Source: Candidatus Marinacidobacterium sp. | GTDB lineage: Bacteria > Acidobacteriota > Vicinamibacteria > Marinacidobacterales > Marinacidobacteraceae | Length of the DNA stretch: 64,000 nt | Assembly (NCBI GenBank): GCA_965220965.1 | Contig: OZ244852.1 | Span: 2,240,001 to 2,304,000 of the forward strand | Reading direction: 5' to 3' | Shown here: piece after piece, positions 18,231-27,521 of the stretch | Position numbering within the stretch: position 1 is the stretch's first letter | Layout: each line of letters starts with the position of its first letter | The notes under the pieces: generated by a model | The model's input: the letters and a program-made list of their open reading frames with translations, nothing else | Told to the model about the DNA's origin: nothing | Database searches by the model: none | Position numbers and translations under genes: made by a program

Positions 18231-20644
18231 CGCCAGCCCGACAGCAGGGCGAGTCCGTTGCCGGAGATGTGGACCGGAGAGTTCCACCGGGTCCACACAG
18301 CGCCCAGACGGAGTTCGCCGAGAGCGAGCGGCCGGTTCCAGGCCGCCGCCAGATCCATCTGCCGGGTGGCCGGAGCGAGATCGGCGCGAAACGCGCTGTA
18401 GTGAACTTCCCCCTGCGGGGTTCGCGCGGTTGGCGCCATGAGGGAGGCCGAACCCTGCTCCACCCGGAGCGGCTGCGAAAGCGAGAGCCGCAGTCCGCTT
18501 CCGTCCCGGAACGCGGTGGCCGCGTGGGCCTCGAAGACGCTCGTGCGGAGGGGGGAGATCGTCTCGATGATCCCTCCCTGCGCGTCGGGGCGCACGAAGC
18601 CGACTTCGCCTTGGGCGCCGACGCTCCAGCGGCCCAGGCGGAGCTCGGTGTCGAGGCCGAAGAACGCGGTGCTGGCGGCGAGCCTCCCGAACGCTCCCTG
18701 ACCGACGCTGCCGAGCAGCGAATCCGGTTCGCTCACCCAACCGGCCTCGAAGCCGAGCGGCAGCCGCCGGGGCCGCCACCGCACCGAAGCGCCGGTCGCC
18801 GGGTGAAGCGGGCGCCCGGTCCCGGTCGTGAAGACCGCGCCAGAAAACCCGTCGCGCTCGGGCGCGGAGAGCGGAAGGGCCCCTTCGGCGAGCGCGAGGT
18901 GGCTCGTGGGACCGGAGGACGCGGCCCCTCCGGCCGGCGGTCCGACGCGGCCGGAGAGGCCGGTCGCCTGATCGAGCGCCTCCGGCGTCGACAGGAAGGC
19001 GCGCAGCCGGCGCGACAACGAGGGACCGTCGGTGGACACCGCGAAGTTGCCGAGGGCATACCAGAAGGGAGCGCCGAAGTCGTCGAGCGCCATGATCTCC
19101 TCGGAGGCGAGCGCGTCGGTGATCCCGCTGCCGAAGGCGTTGCCCATGCGGAGCTGCGTCGCGGCGAGCGGGACGGAAACCGAACCGGTGGCGGTGTGCA
19201 GCGCGAGCGGGACGTCGAGGACGCCGATGGGCGAGGTGGCGGCCCCGAGGTCCATGCGGCCGTGGCCGTAGAGCGAACGGTCGGCGTAGATCCCGGTGTC
19301 GTCGGCGGTGGCGAAGAGGCGGCTCACCAGCTCCTCGCTCGAGAGCTGGTCCCGGAAGAGCTGCTTCATGATCGCGAGTCCGCCGCTGACCATCGGGGCC
19401 GCGAACGAGGTCCCGCTCCCATCGCCGGCGCCGCGGACGGCGACCCCGTCGTCGTCGGGGCCGAACCAGGCGAAGCGGACCTGCTGCCCGGGCGCCGCGA
19501 TGCAGAAGTCGGAGGCGACGCCGCAGCGGTTCGAGAACTCGGCGATCGCCCCGCCGTCCTCGCGGAGCGCCACGACCGCGACGGAGTGCCCCTGAAGCTC
19601 TTCGATCCGCGCCACCAGACCCGGGAGGATGCTGACGGAGACCGCTTCAAACGTGCGGTTCACGCAGTTGGGCGTACCGTCGGCGCAGGTGTCCCCGTTC
19701 GAGTTGCCCGCAGCCCAGACGAAGATCGTCCGGTCGTCGGAGTCCGGCTGCGCGAGGACCTCGAGCGCCTGCGAGAAGTTCTCGCGGAGGTCGGCCTCGC
19801 TGTAGTCGTCGATGATCCCCTGATACCCGAAGCTGAGGTTCAGCACGTCGATCTTCCGCTCGCCGTCGCGCCAGGCGAGGATCTGGCCGAACAGCGACGC
19901 CATCCCCGGATCCTCGAGCGCGAGTCCCTCCAGCGAGATCGGGGTGTAGACGCCGTCTCCGCTCCCGAGCGGGATCGCGAACATGGCGATGTCCGAGCCC
20001 CAGGCAACGCCGTGTCCCAGATCGGGGCTTGCGGTCCGCGCGCCGGCGGCAATGCTCGCCACCGCGGTGCCGTGGGAGGCGTCGTCCTCGCCGGTCTCGT
20101 CCGCCGCGCCGAACAGGAGCTGCTCCGAGAGCAGCTTTCCTTCGAAGGCCGGATGGTCCTGGTCGATCCCGGTATCGATGAAGCCGATGGTGACTCCGGC
20201 GCCCGGTTGGGCCGCCGGCCCCTCGAGCAGCTCGACGTGCGCATAGGCGCGGTGCAGATTGAGAAGCGGAAAGCCCCACTGGGCGCCAAAGGTCGGATCT
20301 ACCAGATATTCGGACGCCCGGGTCTCGGTCTGCTCGTGGAACACCGGCCCGGGAAGGCAGGAACCGTCGTGGACCGGAACGCAGATATCCCCGGAGGGCG
20401 GCTCCGGGTCCCTCGCGGGCGGAGGCGGCGCGACGGCGACCGGCGGGGGTTCGGGAGCAGGGGTCGGCGCCGGCGACGGGGTATTCGAGACCCGCGCCGC
20501 CGAGGTGGTGGCGCCCGACCGGGCGGTGCAGCCGGCGGCGGCGAAGAGCGCCGCGGCGAGGCAAAGGCCGGTGATCGCCCCCGGCAGGCCCCGCCGCCAG
20601 CGCGGCTCGCCTCCGGGCGACGCCGCTGTTCTCGAACTGTTCAT
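18218..20644 (-). CDS. S8 (subtilisin) serine peptidase lipoprotein with C-terminal beta-barrel-like region
   Basis: Catalytic triad IDTG / HGTAVA / GTSFAAPMVSG, oxyanion WAAGN, lipobox AAGC and an aromatic C-terminus WRWTF. Confidence 0.88.
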   Translation of the reverse strand: MNSSRTAASPGGEPRWRRGLPGAITGLCLAAALFAAAGCTARSGATTSAARVSNTPSPAPTPAPEPPPVAVAPPPPARDPEPPSGDICVPVHDGSCLPGPVFHEQTETRASEYLVDPTFGAQWGFPLLNLHRAYAHVELLEGPAAQPGAGVTIGFIDTGIDQDHPAFEGKLLSEQLLFGAADETGEDDASHGTAVASIAAGARTASPDLGHGVAWGSDIAMFAIPLGSGDGVYTPISLEGLALEDPGMASLFGQILAWRDGERKIDVLNLSFGYQGIIDDYSEADLRENFSQALEVLAQPDSDDRTIFVWAAGNSNGDTCADGTPNCVNRTFEAVSVSILPGLVARIEELQGHSVAVVALREDGGAIAEFSNRCGVASDFCIAAPGQQVRFAWFGPDDDGVAVRGAGDGSGTSFAAPMVSGGLAIMKQLFRDQLSSEELVSRLFATADDTGIYADRSLYGHGRMDLGAATSPIGVLDVPLALHTATGSVSVPLAATQLRMGNAFGSGITDALASEEIMALDDFGAPFWYALGNFAVSTDGPSLSRRLRAFLSTPEALDQATGLSGRVGPPAGGAASSGPTSHLALAEGALPLSAPERDGFSGAVFTTGTGRPLHPATGASVRWRPRRLPLGFEAGWVSEPDSLLGSVGQGAFGRLAASTAFFGLDTELRLGRWSVGAQGEVGFVRPDAQGGIIETISPLRTSVFEAHAATAFRDGSGLRLSLSQPLRVEQGSASLMAPTARTPQGEVHYSAFRADLAPATRQMDLAAAWNRPLALGELRLGAVWTRWNSPVHISGNGLALLSGWRWTF

Positions 20645-20655
20645 GGCGCGCCTCC

Positions 20656-22392
20656 TCACATGCACGGCAGCTCACGGGATCTGGCGGCCGCGACGCCGCT
20701 CCCCGCCTGCCGGTAGAGCGGGAGCACATCGAGCCGTCCCGCGATTTCGTCCTCGAGCGCCCGGAATCCGGCCCCGTCGAGTCCACCGAGCTCGGTCTCG
20801 AGGCGCTCCGCCGACAGCCCCTCGGGAAGCCCGGTGTAGCTGGGAGCGAGATCTTCCTCGGCGATCCCGCCGAGGACCTCGGCCTGGACCCGGCGGGCCT
20901 CCGACTCGCTCACGGTGGCGGCCACGCCGAACCGCCGGCCGGCGGCATCCATGAGGAGATCCGCGAACGAGAAACCGGAGCCTCCCGCGCTCGCATCCAC
21001 CCGCTCCTTGATCAGCCCGGCGCGTTCCGGGAACCCGTCGGGCGCGACCTGGGTCAGGCCGGCGCTGAGAAGGAAGTGGCGCGCCCAGTCCCGGCGGCCG
21101 CCGAGAGTCAGCGCCAGGCGCTGGTCCAGATCGCGCGCCGTCCGGGCGGCGTCCGGAAACCCGGCGAGCGAGAGCAACGCCGGGTGTCCCGCCGCGCCGC
21201 CGAGCACGAGGAGGGCGGCGCGATTCTCGGGGACGGCGGGGCTTCCGGCGGACCGCTCGGCGGCCAGCCCGAACACCGCCTCGAGCGCCCCGGCGATCCG
21301 GTCCGGACGCTCGCGGATCCCGTCCGCGGCCCGCTCGAGCCGGAACAGATAGTCATCCACCGGCGCCCGCCGCGTCACCGCGGCGGCGAGACTGGCGGAC
21401 CGGCGCATCACCACCGAGGAGTCGGCGATCACGATCCCGGCCCCAACCCACTGGGACGGCTCGAGAAACGGAGCCAGCGAGGAACCCCGGCGGAGCCAGC
21501 GCGACAGCACCCTGGACGCAGGGCGAACGACCCACGGGGGCGCCGAGAGGTCGCCGATGGAAACGGACCGCATCCCCACGCGGAATTCCCCGTCGGTGAA
21601 CGAGGGACGGGCGGCGCCCCCCAGGTTCATGTACCGGACGCCGAGGAGCGGGACGCTCCACGGCAGGGAGAACCGGACCTGGAGGGCATCGCCCTCCGCG
21701 AAGAGCGCCAGCCGGGTCGCGGGGGAAAGGCCGGCGGCGGCGACGGCGAGGCGGAGGGCGCTCTGGAAGGCCTCGGTGTCGAGTTCGATCCGGGATCCAC
21801 CACCGTCTGCGGGACCGGCGCCCGACAGCGCGACGTCGTAATCGGCGGCCGCCGGGGTCGGCGCCCCGACCGGCTCCGCCGACGCCACCCGGTCCGTCAG
21901 CACGAGGAGCGCCACCGCGGCGATCGCGAGCAGCACCGCGCCGATCCCGAGAAGCGCCGGGATCAGCAGCAGCGCCGCCCCCAGTCCCCGGGACAGGACG
22001 GTTCCGAGCAACACCCCGGCGAGCATCCCGGCCAGGGGCGCGAGCAGATCCAGCGCCCCCGGCGCCTGGAACTGGTCCAGGACGGCGAAGGGATTCTGTT
22101 CGGGCGCCGCCAGAACCAGCACTGTCACCGCCGCCGCCAGCGGAAGCGAGGGGATCAGGACGAAGAAGAACGTCGAGAACGCCCCCCGCATCCGGGGGAG
22201 AACCAGCGGAACCAGAAAGCCCGCCGGAAGAAACCACAGCGCCTCGGCGGCGAGCCCGGTGACCAGGGGCCCGAGGGCGCGGCCCGGAGCACCGGGGTCG
22301 GGCCCCTGAGCCGCCGCGAACCACGCCCAGACGGCGAGGGCGCCCAGCGCGAGGAGATTCCTCAGCCCGAAACGGGGAGGGTGCTCGCGCAT
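20656..22392 (-). CDS. Hypothetical membrane protein
   Basis: About 5 N-terminal TM helices and a conserved-looking C-terminal block RRDWARHFLLSAGL...KERVDA...GSGFSFADLLMD. Same strand as its neighbours. Confidence 0.65.
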   Translation of the reverse strand: MREHPPRFGLRNLLALGALAVWAWFAAAQGPDPGAPGRALGPLVTGLAAEALWFLPAGFLVPLVLPRMRGAFSTFFFVLIPSLPLAAAVTVLVLAAPEQNPFAVLDQFQAPGALDLLAPLAGMLAGVLLGTVLSRGLGAALLLIPALLGIGAVLLAIAAVALLVLTDRVASAEPVGAPTPAAADYDVALSGAGPADGGGSRIELDTEAFQSALRLAVAAAGLSPATRLALFAEGDALQVRFSLPWSVPLLGVRYMNLGGAARPSFTDGEFRVGMRSVSIGDLSAPPWVVRPASRVLSRWLRRGSSLAPFLEPSQWVGAGIVIADSSVVMRRSASLAAAVTRRAPVDDYLFRLERAADGIRERPDRIAGALEAVFGLAAERSAGSPAVPENRAALLVLGGAAGHPALLSLAGFPDAARTARDLDQRLALTLGGRRDWARHFLLSAGLTQVAPDGFPERAGLIKERVDASAGGSGFSFADLLMDAAGRRFGVAATVSESEARRVQAEVLGGIAEEDLAPSYTGLPEGLSAERLETELGGLDGAGFRALEDEIAGRLDVLPLYRQAGSGVAAARSRELPCM

Positions 22393-22408
22393 CGGGGAAT
22401 CGGACCGG

Positions 22409-25400
22409 TCAGGGCGCGTCCGCCGCGGCGCGCGCCTCGGCGATCGCCCGCCAGAGCGGCGGCATCTGCTCCGTCGTCAGTTCCTCGAACTCCGCTCTCG
22501 CCGCCTCGAACCGCTCGGTGAGAATCCCGTGCACTTCGCGCTGCTGGTCCGTGGGACCGAAGTCGGCGCCGTCCCAGCCCACATCGTTCGCAAGCGCCCC
22601 GAGGCGCCCGTAGAGGCGCATCGGCGCCCGGAAGGAGTCCTCGCGGGAGCCGGTGAGACCCACATCGAAGAAACGACCCTCGATGGCGAGCGCGGTGCCG
22701 GCGATCTCGGAAGCGTTCTCGAGCACCGCGGTGAACCGTTCGTCGCCACTGCGCCGCGCCTCGACGTACTCCTCGAAGTCCTGGATTTCCCTCCGGATGA
22801 ACTCGAGCTCGTCAACCATTTCGGCCAGCTCGTCGAGCTGCGTGTGGATCTGGCGAAGGAACGCGTACTTGGCCTCGATGTCGGCGGTGGTCCCCGCCGA
22901 GGCCGGGTCCTGCTCCACCAGGAGGGTCGTCTCCCCGGAATGGTCACCGACTTCGACGCGGGCGGTGTAGGTCCCCGGAGGGACGAGCGCGCCCCGATAC
23001 CCGGGCACGATGTCGAGATCCCAGACCCGGATCCGGCGCTCGCCGTCCTCACCCATTTCGACCCAGTCGCGATCCGGCGGGCGGGTGCGAAGGGTCGCGC
23101 GGGCCGGCGCCTCCCGGCGCAGGTCCCAGTGGATCCGGGAGAGTCCGGTGGCGGCGGGAGCGTTCAGCGTGCGGACGACCTCTCCGGCCCCGTCGGTGAT
23201 CGTGACCGTCGCCCGACCCGCAGCGTCTTCCGCCGTCCACCACGAAATCGCGGCGCCGTAGGGCGGGTTCTGGCCGGTCGACAGGCCGCCCGGTTCCGTC
23301 TTGATTCCCTGGGTGGGCAGGAAGCGCCATGCGGTTCCGGAATCGAAGACGCGGAACGGCTCCGGGTCGGAGCCGGCCAGCTCCCGCAGGGGTCCGATCC
23401 CGTCGAGGATCCAGAACCCCCGGCCGTAGGTGGCCACCACGAGGTCATCGAAGCGTTCCTGGATCACGAGGTCGTAGATCGGCGCCGGCGGCATGTTGCG
23501 CCGCAGCGGAAACCAGGCCTCGCCATCGTCGAGACTGGCCCAGACCTGGTTGTCGGTCCCCGCAAAGAGCAGGCCGGCGCGCTTCGGATCCTCGCGCACG
23601 ACGTGCACGAAGGAGAAGGGCGACTCGGCGATCGACCCGCTGATCCGGTCCCAGCTTTCTCCGAGGTCGCGGGTGCGGTAGATGTGCGGGCGGAAGTCCC
23701 CCGACTGGTACCAGGTCACCGCCATGTAGGCGGTCCGTGGATCGTGGGATGAGGGGGAGATCGACTTGATCCAGGCGTCCTGGTCCAGCCCGGGGACCCG
23801 GTCGCTGCGATCCAGCCAGGTCTCGCCCCCGTCGGTCGTGACGTGCACCCGGCCGTCCACGCTGCCGGCCCAGAGCTGCCCCTGCTCGAGGGGAGACTCG
23901 GCCAGCGCGAAGAGCACCGACCCGTCGAAGGTGAAGAGGTTGTCGATGGTGACGCCGCCGGAGTCCTGCTGGCGGGACTTGTCGTTCGTCGTCAGATCGG
24001 GACTGATCGTCTCCCACGATTGCCCCCGGTCGCGGCTACGGTGGACGAACTGGCTTCCCACCCAGGTCACCCCCGGCTCATGGCGGGAGAGGACCATCGG
24101 GAAGTTCCAGTGCCAGCGGATCTTCACGTCGGCCGGCGCCCAGCCGTAGGACGCCTCCGGCCAGACGCGCACGTCGCGGACGTGGCCGGTCCGGTCGTCG
24201 TACACCTCGAGACCGCCGTCGTAGCACCCGGACCAGACGATGTTGTCGTCGTGCGGCTCGGGCGTCGCCCAGCCGGTCTCGCAGCCGCCGACGCCGCGCC
24301 ACAGGCCGAGCGGAATGCCACCGCCGGTCGTGCGGCTGGGGCCCCGGTAGGAATAGCCGTCCTGGCGGTTGCCGTAGACGCGGTATGGGATCCGGTCGTC
24401 CACGGTGACGTGGTACATCTGCGCGACCGGGGGGACGATCCGGCGCCAGCTCGTCCCCCGGTTGAGCGAAATGCTCCCGCCCTGGTCGTGACCGACCATG
24501 ATGCGGCCGGGGAGCCAGGGGTCGACCCACACATCGTGGTTGTCCCCGCCGGCCCGGTAGGAGGTCTCGTGAAGCGATTGGCCCCCGTCGACCGAGGTTC
24601 CGAAGAGCACCTGGGCGAAGTAGATGCGGTTCGCGTCCGTCGCATCCACCGCGAACCGGATGTAGTAGGGGGCCCGCTCGGCCAGATCGTGGTGGGTCAG
24701 CGTCAGTCGCCAGGAGTCCCCGCCATCGTCCGACCGGTAAAAGCCCGGCGCCTCGTCTTCGACCAGCGCGTACCAGCGGTCCGGGTCGCTCGGCGCGATG
24801 CCCACGGCGATCTTGCCGACCGGATGGCCGGCGCCGCCGGGAAGCCCCCGGCCGCCCGACGCGCCCTCGGTCGTGGGCCCGGAAAGGCGTTCCCAGGTGT
24901 CGCCTCCGTCGAGCGACCGGTACGCGCCGCTTCCCGGGCCCCCGCTCTGAAGGCCCCAGGTGTCGATCCGGAGCGCCCACATGCCGGCCAGCAGCCGGTC
25001 CGGGTGATGGAGGTCCAACGCGAGGTCGGAGCACCCGGTGTTCTCGTCCACGTGGAGCACGAGTTCCCAGGTTGCGCCTCCGTCGTGCGTCCGGTAGACC
25101 CCGCGCTCCGGCTGGGGGGCGTAGGAATGGCCGAGGGCGCAGGCGTAGACGCGCTCGGGGTCGTCCGGGTGGACGAGGATGCGCGCGATCCGGCCGGTGG
25201 CTTCGAGGCCCCGGTGCTGGAAGGAGCGGCCGCCGTCGACCGACCGGTAGATCCCGTTCCCCATCGCCAGCGCCGGACGGATGATGAAGGTCTCGCCGGT
25301 TCCGGCCCAGACTTCGGCTGGCCGGGAGGGTGAGACCGCCATCGCGCTGACGGAGGCGGCGTCGTGGTCATCGAAGACGGAACTCCACGAGACGCCGCCA

Positions 25401-25624
25401 TCGTCGGTCCGCCAGATTCCACCCGAGGCGGCGCCGAAGAAGGCGATGTCGGGGTTGCCCCAGACGCCGGTCGCGGCGCTCAGCCGGTTCCCGTCCGGGC
25501 CGATCGTGCGCCAGCGAAGCCCCTGGAGATGATCCGGATCCGGCGGACCCGGCTGCGCCGCGACGGAGGCCGCGAGCCCGACGCCGCAGAGCGCCACAAG
25601 AAGAACGGAGAACCGGTCGCGCAT
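22409..25624 (-). CDS. VPS10/sortilin-like BNR (Asp-box) beta-propeller protein (putative glycosyl hydrolase)
   Basis: Many Asp-box repeats (TDDGGVSW, SVDGGRSF, THDGGATW, SLDGGDTW, SDDGGDSW) and a signal peptide. Confidence 0.88.
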   Translation of the reverse strand: MRDRFSVLLVALCGVGLAASVAAQPGPPDPDHLQGLRWRTIGPDGNRLSAATGVWGNPDIAFFGAASGGIWRTDDGGVSWSSVFDDHDAASVSAMAVSPSRPAEVWAGTGETFIIRPALAMGNGIYRSVDGGRSFQHRGLEATGRIARILVHPDDPERVYACALGHSYAPQPERGVYRTHDGGATWELVLHVDENTGCSDLALDLHHPDRLLAGMWALRIDTWGLQSGGPGSGAYRSLDGGDTWERLSGPTTEGASGGRGLPGGAGHPVGKIAVGIAPSDPDRWYALVEDEAPGFYRSDDGGDSWRLTLTHHDLAERAPYYIRFAVDATDANRIYFAQVLFGTSVDGGQSLHETSYRAGGDNHDVWVDPWLPGRIMVGHDQGGSISLNRGTSWRRIVPPVAQMYHVTVDDRIPYRVYGNRQDGYSYRGPSRTTGGGIPLGLWRGVGGCETGWATPEPHDDNIVWSGCYDGGLEVYDDRTGHVRDVRVWPEASYGWAPADVKIRWHWNFPMVLSRHEPGVTWVGSQFVHRSRDRGQSWETISPDLTTNDKSRQQDSGGVTIDNLFTFDGSVLFALAESPLEQGQLWAGSVDGRVHVTTDGGETWLDRSDRVPGLDQDAWIKSISPSSHDPRTAYMAVTWYQSGDFRPHIYRTRDLGESWDRISGSIAESPFSFVHVVREDPKRAGLLFAGTDNQVWASLDDGEAWFPLRRNMPPAPIYDLVIQERFDDLVVATYGRGFWILDGIGPLRELAGSDPEPFRVFDSGTAWRFLPTQGIKTEPGGLSTGQNPPYGAAISWWTAEDAAGRATVTITDGAGEVVRTLNAPAATGLSRIHWDLRREAPARATLRTRPPDRDWVEMGEDGERRIRVWDLDIVPGYRGALVPPGTYTARVEVGDHSGETTLLVEQDPASAGTTADIEAKYAFLRQIHTQLDELAEMVDELEFIRREIQDFEEYVEARRSGDERFTAVLENASEIAGTALAIEGRFFDVGLTGSREDSFRAPMRLYGRLGALANDVGWDGADFGPTDQQREVHGILTERFEAARAEFEELTTEQMPPLWRAIAEARAAADAP

Positions 25625-25738
25625 GGCGACGGGAAGCTAGCAGAGCCGAAGGGCGCCGACGACTTCGGTAGGATCGGCTGACGGCCTGTTGACGGTCCGC
25701 AGCGCGCCTGCGGCGACGCCTCGGGAAGGGAGGGATCC

Positions 25739-27460
25739 ATGAGAGCACGGCGAATCCGGACGTTGTCGGTGGCGGCGGCGCTCGCTTGCGGCGCAACCGG
25801 CGCCCCGGCGCAGACTCCCGCCTACGACCTGCTCCTCGTGGGCGGCCAGGTCTTCGACGGCGGCGGGAATCCGGCCCGGCGGGCCGATGTGGGGATCCGC
25901 GGCGACGAGGTCGTTGCGGTGGGAAGGCTCCACGGCGAGCCGGGTCATGACGCCGCCCGCACCATCTCGATGGAGGGGCTGTTCGTCGCCCCCGGCTGGA
26001 TCGACCTCCACTCGCATGCGGACCGCGCGCTGGTGGGAGACGACCTCGACGAGCGCCGGGCGGTGAACCTGGTGGCGCAGGGGATCACGACCGTCGTCAT
26101 GGGGCCGGACGGCCGCAACCCGATCTGGCCGATCCGCGACGAGATCGCCGCCTACGAGAGCCGCGGCGTCGGGATGAACGTGGTCCCGATGGTCGGGCAT
26201 TCCACGGTTCGCCTCCAGATCATGGGGGACGATCACGAACGGCCGGCGACGGACGACGAGGTCAGCCGGATGGCGGAACTCGTGCGCGAGGGCATGGAGG
26301 ACGGCGCCTGGGGGCTCGGCGCCGGCCCCGAGTACCGGCCGGCGCGCTTCTCCGAGACCAGCGAGATCGTGGCGCTGGCGCACGTCGTGGCGCGGTACGA
26401 CGGGTTCTACTACTCGCACCAGCGGAGCCAGTCGCCGATGCCGCGCTGGCAGGTCCCGAGCATCGTGGACGGGCCGACGCTCACCGGAACGGACGGCATG
26501 GCGGAAACGATCCGCATCGGACGCGAAACCGGTATCCGGGTCGTCGGAACCCACATCAAGGCGAAGGGCCCTTCGAGCTGGGGACACTCGGCCAAGGATG
26601 TCCAGGCGATCCTGGAGGCGCGCCGCCAGGGAGTTCAGGTCTACCTGGACCAGTACCCCTACGAGACGTTCGGCGGGGGACCGGTGGGGGTGATCCCGAT
26701 CTGGGGGTTCGCTCCGAAAGGGATGGATCGCTCCGGCGGACTGGATGACCCCGCGTGGCGCGCGCCGGGCGTGCTGAGCCTCGAGAACCTGGAGGCGAAT
26801 CTCGCCGACCCGGAGACCCGGGCCGACCTGCTACGGGACCTCGAACAGCAGATCGATCTGTTCGGCGGAGCGAACCGCCTCATCGTGGTCCTCTTTCCCG
26901 AGGATCCCGATCTTGTCGGCAGCACGGTCGCCGAAATCGCGGCGGACGCCGGAGCGAGCGTGGCCGAGACGCTCATCGCGTTCGCTCGCGCCGGTTCGGA
27001 GGAGCTGCTGCATGGAGTGCTCATCCGGCCGGTGGCGGGGCACCGCTTCGATGTCGAGACCTACATGGCGCAGGACTTCACCGCGACCGCGACCGACGCC
27101 GGCGTCGCGCTTCGCGGCTCGCCGGGACGCCACCCCCGCTACTGGGGCAGCTATCCGCGAAAGATCGCGCACTACACCCGCGACCGGGGGATCATCACGC
27201 TCCCGTTCATGGTCCGGTCCTCGACCAGCCTCCCGGCCGACATCATCGGGCTCACCGACCGGGGATGTCTCCGCGTGGGCTGCAAGGCGGACATCGTGGC
27301 GTTCGACTACGAGCGCGTCGAGGACGTGGCGACGATCATGGAACCGGCGACCATGCCGGTCGGGATCCCCTGGGTGCTCGTCAATGGCCAGATCGCCGTC
27401 GAGGACGGCGTCCCCACCGGCGCGCTGGCGGGGGTCGTGATCCGTCGCGGCGGCTCCTGA
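25739..27460 (+). CDS. N-acyl-D-amino-acid deacylase family amidohydrolase
   Basis: VAPGWIDLHSHAD, QGITTVV, DQYPY, HPRYWGSYPR and ADIVAFD. Strong RBS. Confidence 0.88.
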   Translation: MRARRIRTLSVAAALACGATGAPAQTPAYDLLLVGGQVFDGGGNPARRADVGIRGDEVVAVGRLHGEPGHDAARTISMEGLFVAPGWIDLHSHADRALVGDDLDERRAVNLVAQGITTVVMGPDGRNPIWPIRDEIAAYESRGVGMNVVPMVGHSTVRLQIMGDDHERPATDDEVSRMAELVREGMEDGAWGLGAGPEYRPARFSETSEIVALAHVVARYDGFYYSHQRSQSPMPRWQVPSIVDGPTLTGTDGMAETIRIGRETGIRVVGTHIKAKGPSSWGHSAKDVQAILEARRQGVQVYLDQYPYETFGGGPVGVIPIWGFAPKGMDRSGGLDDPAWRAPGVLSLENLEANLADPETRADLLRDLEQQIDLFGGANRLIVVLFPEDPDLVGSTVAEIAADAGASVAETLIAFARAGSEELLHGVLIRPVAGHRFDVETYMAQDFTATATDAGVALRGSPGRHPRYWGSYPRKIAHYTRDRGIITLPFMVRSSTSLPADIIGLTDRGCLRVGCKADIVAFDYERVEDVATIMEPATMPVGIPWVLVNGQIAVEDGVPTGALAGVVIRRGGS

Positions 27461-27521
27461 CCGGGCGGCGACGCGCCGCCAGGTCAGGAACGCGGCGAAT
27501 CGGGTTCGTCGCTGACCGGAA

